Shown piece after piece: positions 22,521 to 37,234 of a stretch of DNA of 57,055 nt. This DNA is from Octopus bimaculoides (lineage: Eukaryota), in contig NC_069001.1 of the NCBI RefSeq assembly GCF_001194135.2, positions 28,931,133 through 28,988,187 of the forward strand. The letters are read 5' to 3'. Position numbers and translations under genes: made by a program. Under the pieces are notes generated by a model. It was not told where the DNA came from and searched no databases. It saw nothing but the letters and a program-made list of their open reading frames with translations. Within the stretch, counting starts at the first letter, position 1, and the number at the start of each line of letters is the position of its first letter.

Positions 22521-24948
22521 AGTAATAGTAATAATAATAATAATAATAATAATGATAATAATAATAATAATGGCTAGAAATAACAATAACAGCTCCAGGA
22601 ATACATTTAAATCCCCAGGAAGGAAAGCCACACTAATGCTTATTACGACAGATATTAAACTAGTTGTTTTACGTTTTAGGCACGATCAGTTAATTTCTAC
22701 ATGTAATATTGTCAGTTATATTCAGCACTTCGTGTACTTTAATACTTAGGAAGAAATAGAAGTTTCCAGCAGGAATGGAAGAGGTGCATTTAGCAAAATA
22801 AAATAACAAAACAAAAACGGACGAGTTAGTATGATTGAATCACTGAGACGGATGTTGAATATAATCATAACAAAGTACGCACCTTCTTTTTCTTATCTGG
22901 CTGCTACTGCTTCTACGACTACTACTACTACTACTACTACTGCTGCTACTACTACTACAGTTGCTGTTCCGTGAGTAGAGCATAGAGAAATAAATTTCAT
23001 AATGTCCACTTATATTTATTTTAGCGTTAATTTGAGGGTGAAATTGATGAAATAAATTTGAAATCAAACATGAAAAACGTATGCCGAGGATAAATTAAAA
23101 GCTGACATCAAAAGATTGATTCGAAAGACGTGACGACGTTGAATAATCAAAGCAGAAGGAGTTAATAAACATGCAAAAAAATATTTGCAGATTGCAAACC
23201 GGGGAAATATATGAAACACAATATTCACATGACAGTGATGAAAGCCGTGAATATATCTACAATTATTGAATAGCTAAAATTAACACATACCTCCTGAGAC
23301 TGTACATGCATACATACATGCTTACATACACACACACACACACACACACACATTATATATATANNNNNNNNNNNNNNNNNNNNNNNNNAAATTATATATT
23401 ACACTTTGGTCGTTATACATTTTACATTCATCAATATTTGCGAACGTAAATAACTTAAACAAATACCTAATCAATTGTAAATTTATAATTAAATCTAAAT
23501 AACTGTACATTACGCCACAAATGTTCTACAAACGTAGAATAAGACACCGAAGAATTTGGGAGACGTTGAAGGTTACTCTATGCTACAAAATGTTAACAGG
23601 ATTTGATGACAACAGAATTACAGATTATGACCGAGGATAATGAAATATTTTTTTCATAAGCAGGTGGTAATAATGGACTGCAGTCTTAATGTTTAGAAAT
23701 GCTAATATTTTAATGTCAAATAATCACAGAAAATTTAATTTGTATACATGTGTCAGAAACCAATTATTGAAATGGAGCGCCTTAGATTTATATTCTTTCT
23801 AGAATTCCATCATTACTTTGGATTATCTATAGAAATTTTAGATTGGCACCAAATAATTCTTGTCTGATATTTTATTTTATAAACTTTTTCGAGTTGACTG
23901 ACAAAATGTACTCACAAAATGCTTTAACTCAGAATGCAAAGAGAGGTAAATATCACTTGAAACATCTTGTCTGCCGAACTAATTTTGTCATAGCCAACCA
24001 CATGTGAATGGTGGTGTCGAAAGAGTTAGCATGTGAGACTGAGGTTGATTCAAACTTGTTACTAACAATGAAGTAAGAGACACTCATTTGTATACAACGT
24101 TGTTAAATATTTTAAGGACAGACGTAAACTCAGAAAAGCCTTAAAGTTTCTTTCATAACCTAAAGCTATTCTTCTTTCGAATGGTTTAGCATTTATTTCA
24201 CTGCTTCAATATTTTGTATGAAAAATGGTTGGTTGGTTATTTGGTTATGATATAAATCATCTGACCTAAATTATCGAAAAGTTGCATATGACACGGGTAA
24301 GAATTAAGTATAAGAACGGTTATGCATAAAGACATAAACAATGGGAAGAAAAAGAAAATTATGGGTATGGGAAATAGAGGAAATGTATCATGCATTCTGT
24401 TAATATATCTTGATGGAATTACGATCAATAAAAGAAATCTTTCAGAGTAATAATTTGTACTGTGTAATATTTGTGATGAGTTATTACTACTAACATTATT
24501 ACTAGGAATGGAAAAAGAAGTTGGGTGTACAATAATTGATTTTACACAGGATGCATAAAATCAATTATATACTTATGGATGATTTGTAACTGGTTTTAAA
24601 AAAGAACAAAATAATAATAACAACAACAATTAGGTGAATAGATGATGATGATGATGATGATGATGATAAGACATAAAAGAAAAACAAAGAGAATAATAAC
24701 ATTTTCTTTGTGAAAACGCTTAACAGATATGGGCAATATATATTTATTGCTTTGGCATTTTGGACCAAGTTCGTACATAATCTTGAAAGAATAACTTTAA
24801 GAATGTAATGCATTCGAAGGAGAAGACAAAGACATATTAGAGATATCAATAAAAGCTACAAGTAATATATATTAGAGTGATGAAGGCTGCATATTAGCAG
24901 AAACGTCAGATGGAAGCAGAGCGTCGGATAAAATGCCTAGCGTCAGAA

Positions 24949-25124
24949 TTCAGCAGGCATTGCTTCACCACACACCGACAATTAGAAATAGCAGCCAAAA
25001 CTACTATTACTCTACCAAAATACGACTCCAAAACGGCAATACTCGCAAACTATTTTGGTAGAGAAATAGTAATTCGGGCTGCTATTTCTAACTTTCGGTG
25101 TGTGGTGAAGCAATGCCTGCTGAA
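24949..25124. repeat. 74-bp inverted repeat (foldback/MITE-like hairpin)
   Basis: Arm 24949-25022 pairs with arm 25051-25124 at 68 of 74 positions, including a 30-bp perfect outer stem. 28-nt loop. Confidence 0.93.
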
Positions 25125-25534
25125 CCCCAAATTTTAATTATGTTTATATGAATTTACCAATAATGATTATAACACACCGAACTACTTGGTGAAATTACTA
25201 GTTATTAATTAATTATTAATTTTTACCCTATGTCTGTATATATACACAGACAGAGACGCGACCAACGCTTTCAATGGGAGTTTCATACATTATTATCTAA
25301 GACAGTGTGATTAGGCCCCGTGCAACCTGCACTTTTGTAGACTTCTTACAGAAGCTTTAAGTTACACGTGTGGTAGAAATAAACTGTTCTCAATAATAAT
25401 GATAATAATGTTGATGAATATGATACATGCTCTAATGCAGTACCAGGCAGTGTCTCTCATGGCTTTTCTGATTGGAAGCGTTATCATGTACATTGTTTTT
25501 TTTTCTTTGTTTAAAAGATGAACTACAACAAATA

Positions 25535-25950
25535 TTCTACTCAATACCACAGATGAGCTTGTCAGTTGTTTGACCTTAAGCAATTGAGTATGTCTCTTAG
25601 TGGCTTACGATGTGTACATCTTTAATCACTAGCAGAAGTAGTGGTGGGGCATCATTGCCTTGTATTGAGAGGAATTCTTTGGGATTTGGATAATTCACCT
25701 CTGGAAATATGTGTGTTTCGTTGAACATCCTTAAACAACCCTTATGCAGGGTAGGATCGGCATCTCAATCTGAAGAAAATTCTAACTGGGCCTCACCTGC
25801 AAGGTCATGCGCTGTGTATCTTGATATTGGATCAACGTGTCCTGCACATATGGTTGTGATGCATGTGGCTGGTGTACCCTTATAAGACGGGTAGTGACGA
25901 TGAGTATACTGGGTTTCGTATATCTTAATAATAATAATATTAATAATAAT
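25535..25950 (+). mobile_element. Interspersed retroposon fragment ending in (AAT)n
   Basis: Complex higher-GC block ending in an AATAAT tail. Recalled as a frequent octopus repeat, but only one copy is in this window. Confidence 0.4.
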
Positions 25951-26477
25951 ATGCGTGTGTGTGCACGCATGCGTTTGCATGGCGCCGATTAATCTATAGG
26001 ATGGTGCACAAATATTCAATTTTGAGTAGAGTGCTACTTATACTGAGAAACGCCTCTAAGCTAACGAAGTAATTACGTAACGATTGTTCTTGCAACATTC
26101 ATTAAGCAGCACACTCGTTGTGTGTGAGATGTGTGTGGTGTGGTGTGTGTGATGCGAGCATGTTAGTGTACAGACATGTGTGTAAATTTGTTAGCGCATA
26201 TATGTATGGGCGGGTTAGTGTTAATATGTGTGTAAATAACTAGTACAATTTCCAAGAGATATAAAATAAATTAATATCGTTCTTGTCATGTTTTTTTCAA
26301 GATTATTTTCTATGATGTGCAGTCCCAACTTAGTTTTCCAGCATGTAAAACAAGTATTGAGATCATTGCGATCCCAAACATCACGACATGGTCTCTTTTG
26401 TTCTATTTTTTACGGTTTTGCCTTTTCCTTTCTACACTTTATACCTCATACATCATTATCTAATATAGCACACAAGG

Positions 26478-26685
26478 CGCCTGCTTCCGGGCTCATTAGC
26501 CCGCCGAGCAATCGGATTGACACCAATTTCGTTTGTCTTTTCCTTTCGAATTGAAACTCCGACGAGATGGACTTTGACATTCATCCATTTGTGCTCGATA
26601 AAATAAGTACCAGCTAAGCACTTGGGTCAATGTGATGACTACCCCGCCCTCAAATTGCTAGCTTCGTTCCAAAATTTGAAACCAT
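26478..26685 (+). mobile_element. Family C SINE
   Basis: Degenerate head, TTGAAACTCCGACGAGATGGACTTTG, CTCGATAAAATAAGTACCAG, CAAATTGCTAGC..CCAAAATTTGAAAC. Confidence 0.65.
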
Positions 26686-27284
26686 TTCCTAATAAATCAT
26701 AATTTTCTTCACGAAAGTTGGTTTAGTCCTATTTTTGCCACATCGAATAAATTCGTGAACGAATGCAATACTTCTATTGTCATTTGTAGTTTTAAATATT
26801 CGGTAGAAACAATTAATTGATAAATATATATTGAGGTAAAGTTGGTTCCATTTGTTACGTAAGGAATTGCGTGAACATAGAGACATCTTGCATCACATGA
26901 AAAATTTTAATAAATGCATTCATACAGATAATATTTTATATATCTTCGAATAAATAAGATACAGTTAAATATATTTTATATTTGTAGAATTAATTTATAC
27001 ATTTTGTGTTATACATTATTTACTAGGTTTGCACATATATATGAGCCTGTATCATAATATCATCTACCGATATGTCTATATTTAAATCTAATAAAATATT
27101 TCATCTTACCCTCTGTTTCCCACTGCCTCGTGTTTGTGTGTGTGTGTGTGTTTCTGCGTGTCGTATGTGAGTGTGTATAGAGAGAAAGAGTAAGAGAGAA
27201 AAATGCATATATACATGCATTTATTAATATATGCATATTTATGTAGGACCATATACACATTATATAAAATTATATCTATCTCTC

Positions 27285-27417
27285 TGCCTATATATATAAA
27301 TATACACATATATATAAATACACACACATATATATATATATAAATATACACATATATATAAATATACACATATATATAAATACACACATATATATAAATA
27401 CACACATATATATAAAT

Positions 27418-27480
<63 letters not shown>
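27285..27480. repeat. 16-bp microsatellite-derived tandem repeat grading into (TA)n
   Basis: Repeated ATATATATAAATACAC units. Confidence 0.85.
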
Positions 27481-30400
27481 TGTGTGCATGTGTGCGTGCG
27501 TGTCAGTGTATGTGTGTGTATGTGCATACACTCACACATAAACACAAACACACACATATATATTACACATAGACACACATATATTTAACAGGTGGTGCCT
27601 ACGTGAACGATATTCGTGAGTATGCATGTATGGAAATACAAATACAGAAATATACAATTATACAAACATGTGCTTTTTTTGATAAATATGTATAGCGAAA
27701 AGCGAAAAGTGGCAAATTTAATAACATTACATATTATATTAATATATTGTTATTAAATTTGCTGAAATAAAATTTCATCCAACGTGAAATTAAACCAAGT
27801 TATGAAAACGAAATAAAGAAGCACACACCATCTAATTACAAACTCGAGAATCTGAAAACAAATTACGTACACCCTGAAAAATATTATGAAACTGAAAAAC
27901 ATATAACGAAGTTTCCGATTAATTTTTTTCTCTCTTCTCTGATCGCATCGTATATACATGTTGCAGAACGACATTACGTAATTCTCACCAATAATTTTAT
28001 ATTTATTTCAAAATTTACTGAGCTTCGAAATGAATATATTTTTCGTCAAAGGTGTCGGCTATATATTTGTACACGGTGTATTAAATTGAAACGATTTTTT
28101 TGTATTTTCATCATTTTCTTTTGGTATCCTAATCATTGAAAAACATGCTTGAATATCAAACATCTTCTTCATAAAATGGCAAGAAAATGAAAACACACAC
28201 ATACAAAGACACTCTCATACATATATATGTGTATGTGTGTGTGTGTATGTGTCTATGAGAGTGTATTTGTATATATATATANNNNNNNNNNNNNNNNNNN
28301 NNNNNNNNNNNNNNNNNNNNNNNNNNNNNNNNNNNNNNNNNNNNNNNNNNNNNNNNNNNNNNNNNNNNNNNNNNNNNNNNNNNNNNNNNNNNNNNNNNNN
28401 NNNNNNNNNNNNNNNNNNNNNNNNNNNNNNNNNNNNNNNNNNNNNNNNNNAAAAAAATGTTACTCAGTTTCACGTTCTCGAAGAGCGAGAGCGTGAAAAC
28501 TTACTAACAGCTTTTGTGATATTTTTGCAGCTCTTTAGTAAAGCATATTACTCTACCTACGGCATTCGAGTACTATTTTTTCCACCTGATTTCGATTTAT
28601 GTGCATACTCTCATATATATGCGTGTGTGTGTGGGGGGGTGTATGTGTGCGTGTTTGTGTGTGTGCGTGTGTATACCCCAGTGACGTAGTAATGAAAATT
28701 GATCAAACCTGAAACACACACACATAATAAGTTATTTATGGCCGAGACACGACAGCCGTGACCTAAATTTGTGCCAAAACATCAAATTAAGGTGAGTTCT
28801 TTGGCACTGATTATAAGGAACTTGAGTCACTTATATGCCAGCTCATTTATAAATAAAATGATATAAATTCTCCCCTCTATATGTTCTGTTCTATAATTAC
28901 CACAAGAGGGATAGACTCCCTTCGGTGTCACTGGATCCGGTAGAAGTAGCAGCAAAAATACATTCTTACATATATAAATATTGACATAGGGTTCCCATGT
29001 TTCCAGCTAGACCTTATACTAGAGTAATACACGAACATGGAACACCATAAGTATACGAATGAATGTGTGTGTTTATATCTCAGAATGTAGTTACAAACAA
29101 AATGAAGTCGCTGCCATAAAGTCCTACGACAGACCAATTTATTAATATTTATCTTGGCTTTATATTCATAAATGATAAGTATGTCCTACACTCACACACA
29201 CACATACGTATGTATGTACCTCTGTCTGTCTGTCTATATANNNNNNNNNNTATATAATTAAATGTATATGTCTGTGCGTGTGTGTGGGTATATACATACG
29301 TGTGTGTGTGTGTGTGTGTGTGTGGATGTATGCATAAATAAATATATAAGCCTGTTAGAATGCCAGGCAAAATGCCTCGCCTCGTTTTGTTCGTAACCAT
29401 CTAAGATATACAAACACACGTTCATTCGTATACTTATGGAGTTCCATATTTCGTATATTACTGTAGTACAAGGTCTAACTGGAAACATGGAATCTCTATG
29501 TGAATATTTATTTATGTAAGAATGTATTTTGTATGTGTATGTGCGTGCAAGTTTCACACAAAGATAATATTTATTCCTTGCACACATATTACTTCATCAA
29601 ATTCACATTGTGTGTCTAAGAAAACAAAATCCAGAACACAAAAACAATGTATGTTCCAGGATTTCTCTCGGAATATTTAAACATATTATCAGCATACGTT
29701 CGCACCATATGCTATCAATTTGCATTATGGTATATGACTTTGGAAACCTCAGCCAAAATCTTCAATCTGCTCCATACTTTCCTTTACTTACAGCCAGAAT
29801 AAAATTTTGTATCATTCTCAGACAACTCTATTTCATGCTATGGAAAATATCCATATTTTAATTTTCATATTTCTTATCAGAATGCCAACATTGTTGTACA
29901 TATGTATCCTTCGCAAAATGTCTGTCTGTTTTGATTTCTGGTTAGATAAAATAGCATGAATATTTATTGCATTAGTAAAGGGAGTGAATCTGAAGAATGG
30001 GTAGAGTGTCGGGAAACACGCCTTACAGCACTTGGTTGATTTTATTCTTGTTTTCTTTCCCCGATTTGAGTTCAAATGTTGCTGTATTTGTCTTCGCCTT
30101 TCACCCTTCCGTGGTCAATAATATGTGAAATTATTGAAATAATGTTTGCCGAGATAAATAAGTATTCTGACTCAGTAAATCTATAGATTTTTGCCTATAG
30201 GAAGAAAACAATATTATTGGATTGGCAGAATTGGTAAATATGTGGATAAATTTGCGGCTGGCATGTTGTTGCTCTTCATTATGTTCTTATAGCATTTTAT
30301 ATCCAAATATTTCTTCGATGTGGCAGGGGTCATGTTTCGCAAGAACCAATCGCAGTACTAATACAAATATTGACATTTTACGTTACTAATCCCAGAACAC

Positions 30401-32261
30401 CGATAAGTTGAGACAAAGTTAGGTCAGTAACAACTGAAATTAAAACATAAAGAAATGAACTAAACTCTGCAACACTCAATATCCAACCATGTACCCATTC
30501 TTTAATTCCACTATTCTTCATGATTGAATATATATTGAAAACATTTTAAATAACTAGAGATGAAAGGAGACGACCAGCTCTATTTAAAAAGCGAACAACT
30601 GACAATGGAAGTATTAGTATCCAAGAACTGTCGCTGTTATATCAATTGCTGCTGGGATATTTTTATAATCGATCACTGAAACCAACAACCTACAGCACGT
30701 AAAAGAATTTCTTAATGATGAAGGCAGATTTACAAGTCTGGGCAATAAATGACGAATCCTTCATTTGAAATTTCTGGTTCTGTCATTACAGAAGCGTGAA
30801 TTGTAACCCCCAACCAGCAGGGATTAGTGATTTGTCTGACTGAAAGTCTAACAAAAAAATCCCTACAACATAAATCATTAGGGGATTGTTTAGAAATCTT
30901 TATAATTTACATAGATATAATTTTATAGACATCTTCCATACACCTCTTTCCTTTACTCGATGTTATGCAGATGAAAGTAAACAACGAACACCGGATGCTT
31001 GGGTGAATAGTATTTAGCAAAGATATGATGCAAATCTCTCAACTTCATAACAAAATATCCGAGCAAACAAAAGTGTAGTAACATCTATCTCAAAGCATAT
31101 TGTATCAAACGGGGGAATACAATATTAGATAATATTATTTAGATGCAATATGTTGGGTAACATTTGCGTTGGTTGTGATCGAAATACTTATTGCCAGAAC
31201 TGTGTTTGATCAGTTCTAATGTTAGGATAAACAAGAAAAAAACAGAAAGACGCAAATTTTACTATTTTGTTTTAGGGTGTGAAAAAGCAGTTAGTGTAGA
31301 AGTGCGATTGAACGATTATCTATATCGAATATTGAAACAGACAGACATGCTGACGTCCGCGATTCTGTTATCTTAACGCCTTCACTAGCCACAATTTTTC
31401 ACTACATTAAGCTGGAGATTTAAAAATATACAATGAATTATACATTAAAATTTTACATTGAATTAATGGATATTCTGGAATTAATCTGTAATTAATTTAT
31501 TCCAAAGCGTAGAGTTATGTTCTTGTAGGAATATTAATCTATAGCATAGACACAAAAACAGAAACATCAGGCGAAGGAAACTCGATTATATCGACCTCAA
31601 TAATTCACTGATACATAAGTTATTGACCTTGGTAGGAAGAAGAACATAGTCACTATTGAAGGCATTCGTAATCAGAACGTAACACTACCGAAGCTAATGT
31701 TGCAAAGAATGTTGTTCGAGTTTTTCAATCGATTTTGGCAGTACATTGCCTCTTTCTATTTCAAATATTAATTTCGAATATAGGCAACAGGACATAAATT
31801 TTAGGGATAAATGTAGTGGATTTCATTGAAAGCCATATTTCAGTGCTTTTATTTCCTTGACTCTAGAAGCATGGATAGCAAAGTTGAACTTGATGGGATT
31901 TGAACTTACAACACAAACAGTTTTAACAAAACTTAAGTCATCTTGTTCTACGCTCCAACGATTCTTTGCAGCCACGGGGACTTTTCTTTTGTCACTTCGT
32001 TACACAGACAATAAAATCCAAAACTTGGGAGAGAGGTAGCTAACACTTGATTGGTGTATTATTTTGGCACAACTGCGACAAGACAAAAACAAATTCTACA
32101 TTGGGCGAATGTGAAATCAAAAACTAAATAGAAGTAACTCTGTAAAATCAGGCGTGCTATTCAACATTATTGCTGTTTTGTCAACCTACAATAGTCTTCT
32201 ACTTATAATATAAAAATGCCTCTCCACCGCCGACAATAAATAAAAAAAATAACGATAAACG

Positions 32262-32560
32262 TCGCCCTTTGAAAGCCTAGCCAGGCTCATGGGCCCGGTT
32301 TCCCGGTTTTTATGGCGTATGTGTTCCCCCAAGCTGGACGGGACGCCAGTCCATCCCAGCGTTACTCAAGAAACAGGAAGAAAGAGTGAGAGAAAGTTGG
32401 GGCGAAAAAGTACAACAGGGGTCGCCCCCAACCTGCCGCAGTCTCGTGGAGCTTAAATGTTTTCGCTCAATAAACACTAACAACGCCCGGTCTGGGAATC
32501 GAAACCGCGATCCTCTGACCGCGAGTCCGCTGCCCTAACTACTGCGCCATTGCGCCTCCA
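32262..32560 (-). mobile_element. tRNA-derived SINE, family A head with an alternative V-domain-like tail
   Basis: 32365-32560 matches the family A head and body. 32262-32360 is a different tail; on the minus strand it reads GGGATGGACTGGCGTCCCGTCCAGC...AAACCGGGAAACCGGGCCCATGAGCCTGGCTAGGC. Confidence 0.85.
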
Positions 32561-33062
32561 TGCAGACAAGAAATATGTTTCCAATATTTTCATGCCTATT
32601 TCTTAGTGCTACAGCATTTTCGCAGTCGACTGAGAGGAATATGTATAAAGTTCTTGCTTATACTATGATGTATTTTAAAACGCCCTTAAATTAACAATTA
32701 TAATCAGGCTTCATGAATTTCAACTAATGTTGGGCTTCCTAGGAAACTAAAATACATTAATAACAATATATATATATATATGTATCTTATATACAGTCAG
32801 CAATAGTGCTCGAGTGACTTAAACTAATCTCTGAAGTCTTTATTGATGACTGGGTCCACGGGCTACACGGTGGGTATAAGAGAAATTCAATTGATTACGT
32901 TACACGCGCGCACACGCACACATATACATATTTTGTAGGCTACTGCTCGTATTTCTTTTTTTGCATAGAAAAGTCAGTTGTATATCTTTTGGCAGAGAAA
33001 TATTTAAAATAAGAAGAAATATCCCGAGCATTTCATGGAGAGAATGCTAGAGTTATAGGGAA

Positions 33063-33105
<43 letters not shown>

Positions 33106-34184
33106 GAGGTAAAAAGATCGACTCGGAGAGAAGTTCAAGACTGAAATATATAAAGACAGACACTTGGAAAATAGAAATAAAGTAAAATAACATAAGTAAA
33201 ACAAAAAACGGAAACGAAAGGAAAACAAAAGCAAACACATAAATGAACAACGAAATAAATAATAACAAAAATAGCATATGAAAATGTATAAGCAAAATAC
33301 TCCTGCCAGTTATCTACCTAATATCTCTGTAGGAAGTTATGGTGCGGCTTGCCAGTGCTTTGGAAATCTTTGGAAGCGAAGCAAAACGATGAAGAATTCC
33401 AGATATATAATATAAAAGAAGGTGAAAAAAAAAAAAAANNNNNNNNNNNNNNNNNNNNNNNNNNNNNNNNNNNNNNNNNNNNNNNNNNNNNNNNNNNNNN
33501 NNNNNNNNNNNNNNNNNNNNNNNNNNNNNNNNNNNNNNGAGAGAGAGAGAGAGAGAGAAAGAGAGAGGACGTTAAAAATATCCTTACTATAATTATATCT
33601 CTGTAGCAATCTTAGTTCAAGTGTACGTATTTGAAAAATCCAGCTTTGGGTGAATTGAAAATAACGCAGTATATAAATTGTTACATATAAAAGGAAAGCA
33701 ATATTGTGGAATAAGAACGATATTAATATTAACAATAGCCATAGTAGCAGCAACATCAACAGTAGTAGTGGTAGTAGTAGTAGTAGTAATTATAATAACG
33801 GGATGAAAGAAAAGCACCACTAATAGGATTATTTCCTTCTGAACTCAATCTAGTCACGTGTCAAATATGTATCCTAGGAAATGAGCGGAGGTTGATGAGA
33901 GCAACAGTGATTCAACCTTCACACATATACACCGTAAGGAGGGAATAACAATGCAGTATGGGAAAATGTGAAAAGGAGGAAAATAACGATATATATTTAT
34001 TACTAATTATATATATTGGGAAGAATGGGTTTAATGTTAAAATTTTAATAGCTTAGAAGCAAAGTTGGAAAAGTAAATATGAAAATGAAGCACAACAAAA
34101 AAAGCCATTAGTTGAACAAACACCCGTAATTTTCTTAATTTTGTTGTCTTTCTTCAATAGAAATAATGTCTGAAATGTTTGTTA

Positions 34185-35430
34185 AGGGGGTTAGTTGATT
34201 GTATTGCATGATTGCTCAACCAATACTTATTTTAAAGATCACAAAATGATGAACGTCAAAATTAACTTCGGTGAAATTTGAACTCAGAACGGAGAGCAGG
34301 AAGGATTGAAAGAAAAAAAAAAACGAAGAAAGAAAACGCTATTTTGCCCGGCATATTCTTAGGGATTCTGCCAGCTCGCCGCTTTTGTAAATTTCTTAAT
34401 ATAAGAAAACAACCGAATAAAATATTTCAACAAGATCTGAAAGACAAAGCCACAACTAGGAAACAGAATAGAACGCAGGGACCGGAGAAAGCAGAGAAAG
34501 AATATAGGCGATGGGATTATAGAAGGATATGGTAAGTAGAGCAAATGAAACTGCTAAACTGATAAGAATGGTCCTTGAATGCATGTGAAAGGAAATTTAG
34601 GTNNNNNNNNNNNNNNNNNNNNNNNNNNNNNNNNNNNNNNNNNNNNNNNNNNNNNNNNNNNNNNNNNNNNNNNNNNNNNNNNNNNNNNNNNNNNNNNNNN
34701 NNNNNNNNNNNNNNNNNNNNNNNNNNNNNNNNNNNNNNNNNNNNNNNNNNNNNNNNNNNNNNNNNNNAGTAGAGCAAATGAAACTGCTAAACTGATAAGA
34801 ATGGTCCTTGAATGCATGTGAAAGGAAATTTAGGTAAACACAATGAAAGATTAGGTTCAAATTCTGGCACATGGCCATAAATTTCGGGGAAAGGGATAAC
34901 ACGATTAGATCGACTCCAGTGCGTAACTGATACTTGTTTTATCGACCCCGACAGGATGAAAGGTAAAGTCGAACCTGCTGGTGTTGGAACTCGTAAAGAC
35001 AGTGGAACGTTAAGCATTTTCCCGGAGCGGTAACGACCTTCCCAAGCCCACCGACTTCAAACAGAATTAAAAACTAGAATTGAAAATGAAACACAGTTTT
35101 CAAATTTTAGCAAAGGAACAGCAAGTTTTTAAAGAGGGGACTCAATTATATCGATCCCAGTGGTGAACAAGAACGTCGGTTTTCGACAACGAAAGTATGA
35201 AACCCAAAACCGTAGTCGCTGGCATTTAAACTCAGAACGTAAGCAACATAATGTCAAGAATAATGGTTCTCCATTTGAGCATCAAACCAGCAGCTTTTTA
35301 AATACGGTGGTAGTCGATTCAGTCGACCCAACTCTTTAATTGGTACCTACTTTACCGACAATGAAAGGCAAAACTGATATCGGCGCATCCAAACTAGAGG
35401 GATAAAATAATGCTATGCAAACGTGCAAAG
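34185..35430 (-). mobile_element. Cluster of four family C SINE copies (~34185-34385, 34855-35060, 35095-35250, 35270-35430)
   Basis: Repeated family C blocks, all on the minus strand. Confidence 0.7.
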
Positions 35431-36844
35431 GATTCCGCTTGATTGACACCTTAATTAGAATCATATTAATAAATGAAAAGCCACACTGAAAGATAAATCA
35501 AAAGCAATAAGCATAAAAAGGACAAATAAATGCGAAGCAAGGTAGAAAAANNNNNNNNNNNNNNNNNNNNNNNNNNNNNNNNNNNNNNNNNNNNNNNNNN
35601 NNNNNNNNNNNNNNNNNNNNNNNNNNNNNNNNNNNNNNNNNNNNNNNNNNNNNNNNNNNNNNNNNNNNNNNNNNNNNNNNNNNNNNNNNNNNNNNNNNNN
35701 NNNNNNNNNNNNNNNNNNNNNNNNNNNNNNNNNNNNNNNNNNNNNNNNNNNNNNNNNNNNNNNNNNNNNNNNNNNNNNNNNNNNNNNNNNNNNNNNNNNN
35801 NNNNNNNNNNNNNNNNNNNNNNNNNNNNNNNNNNNNNNNNNNNNNNNNNNNNNNNNNNNNNNNNNNNNNNNNNNNNNNNNNNNNNNNNNNNNNNNNNNNN
35901 NNNNNNNNNNNNNNNNNNNNNNNNNNNNNNNNNNNNNNNNNNNNNNNNNNNNNNNNNNNNATATATATATATATATATATATAAGTTTGTATGTATATTT
36001 TATGTTAGCGTTCGCAAACTTGGTTCTTACGCATAACGTTTAGATGCATCATTTCATTATTATTTGTTCCTTTACTTTTCATCCACTCTTTTCCTTATCG
36101 TAAGATACTTTTCTGAACACTGTTATATCCTCTCTCTCTTTCTCTCGTGAGATATTGCTAAAAAACTAAAACTTAACCGTAATGGAAATAAGCAGCAGTT
36201 CATTAAACCAACATCGCAAACTTCTCTACCACATGGAAAGCTCGACCGTGTGATACCGACCGTGATCACTGCATAAAGTATTTAATTGCTAAACATAAAA
36301 CTACGGGAACAGCATGCAATAAGCAACTGAAAACATTAGTACTGACATCTGAATGATTAGCAGAGGAGAAAATGATATTAATTTCCAGAATCATGAAACG
36401 GCAGGGACAGTGAAAACTAGAGAGTAATATGTTTAACAGCAATATATAAAGCGCTGCTATCTATCTTGTATAAGACAGTGACATCTTCTGAACAGTATGG
36501 TGGTATTTTTTTTTATTTTATCTTTATATCTGTTCATATTTACGTTTAAACATATTTCTTTTTATTATATATGCCTGTGTATTATAATTGAGTACAGATC
36601 TCTGCTAATTGCCGTCTCAGATCCCTCCGATACTGGTGAGAAATACGCAATTAGCATTTCTTTTCAATAGTTCCACGTTAACGGTTGTACAAAATTAAAT
36701 CAAACATGGTATGCTGGGAATTCTGAAGAACTAAAGCTCTGAAGTGAGAATCCTGGGCATTGTGGTTAGGACAGGTCTGGTGGAGGGAAGAATATTTCTA
36801 TTTACAAGCTGATTGTTTTTTTTGTTTGTTTTGCTTTTTATTTT

Positions 36845-37180
36845 TTACTTGTTTCAGTTATTAAACTGCAACCATGCTGGAGCATTTCCATGGAGAACTT
36901 TTAGTTGAATGAATCGACCCCAGTACAATTTTAAAGCCTGGTGATTATTCTGCCAGTTTCTTTAGCGAACTGCAAAATTACGGGAACGTAAAGACACCAA
37001 CAGCCGTTGACAAGCGGGAAAAAAAAACAGACACACACATCTACACACACACAAACACATCCCGCGTATACATACGAAGGGCTTCTTTCAGCTCCAGGGT
37101 GCAGTACAAAACACACACTCAAAATTCCACGTAGTGGGACTCGATAAGGATACATGTGGTTGGGAAGCAAGCTTCGGGTG
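36845..37180 (-). mobile_element. Family D SINE
   Basis: GTTTCAGT....ACTGCAACCATGCTGGAGC..GAATCGACCCCAGTAC..TTACGGGAACGTAAA.ACACCAAC..GAAGGGCTTCTTTCAG..ATGTGGTTGGGAAGCAAGCTTC. Confidence 0.7.
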
Positions 37181-37234
37181 CTAGTACCCACCATCTACCC
37201 GAATGGAGGAGCTCTATACTCTAGCGACGAAATC

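Noticed and set aside
34420-34537. Plus-strand exon ending at G/GTAAGT (34531/34532)
   Set aside because: No convincing acceptor, it adjoins a SINE, and the peptide is unrecognisable.
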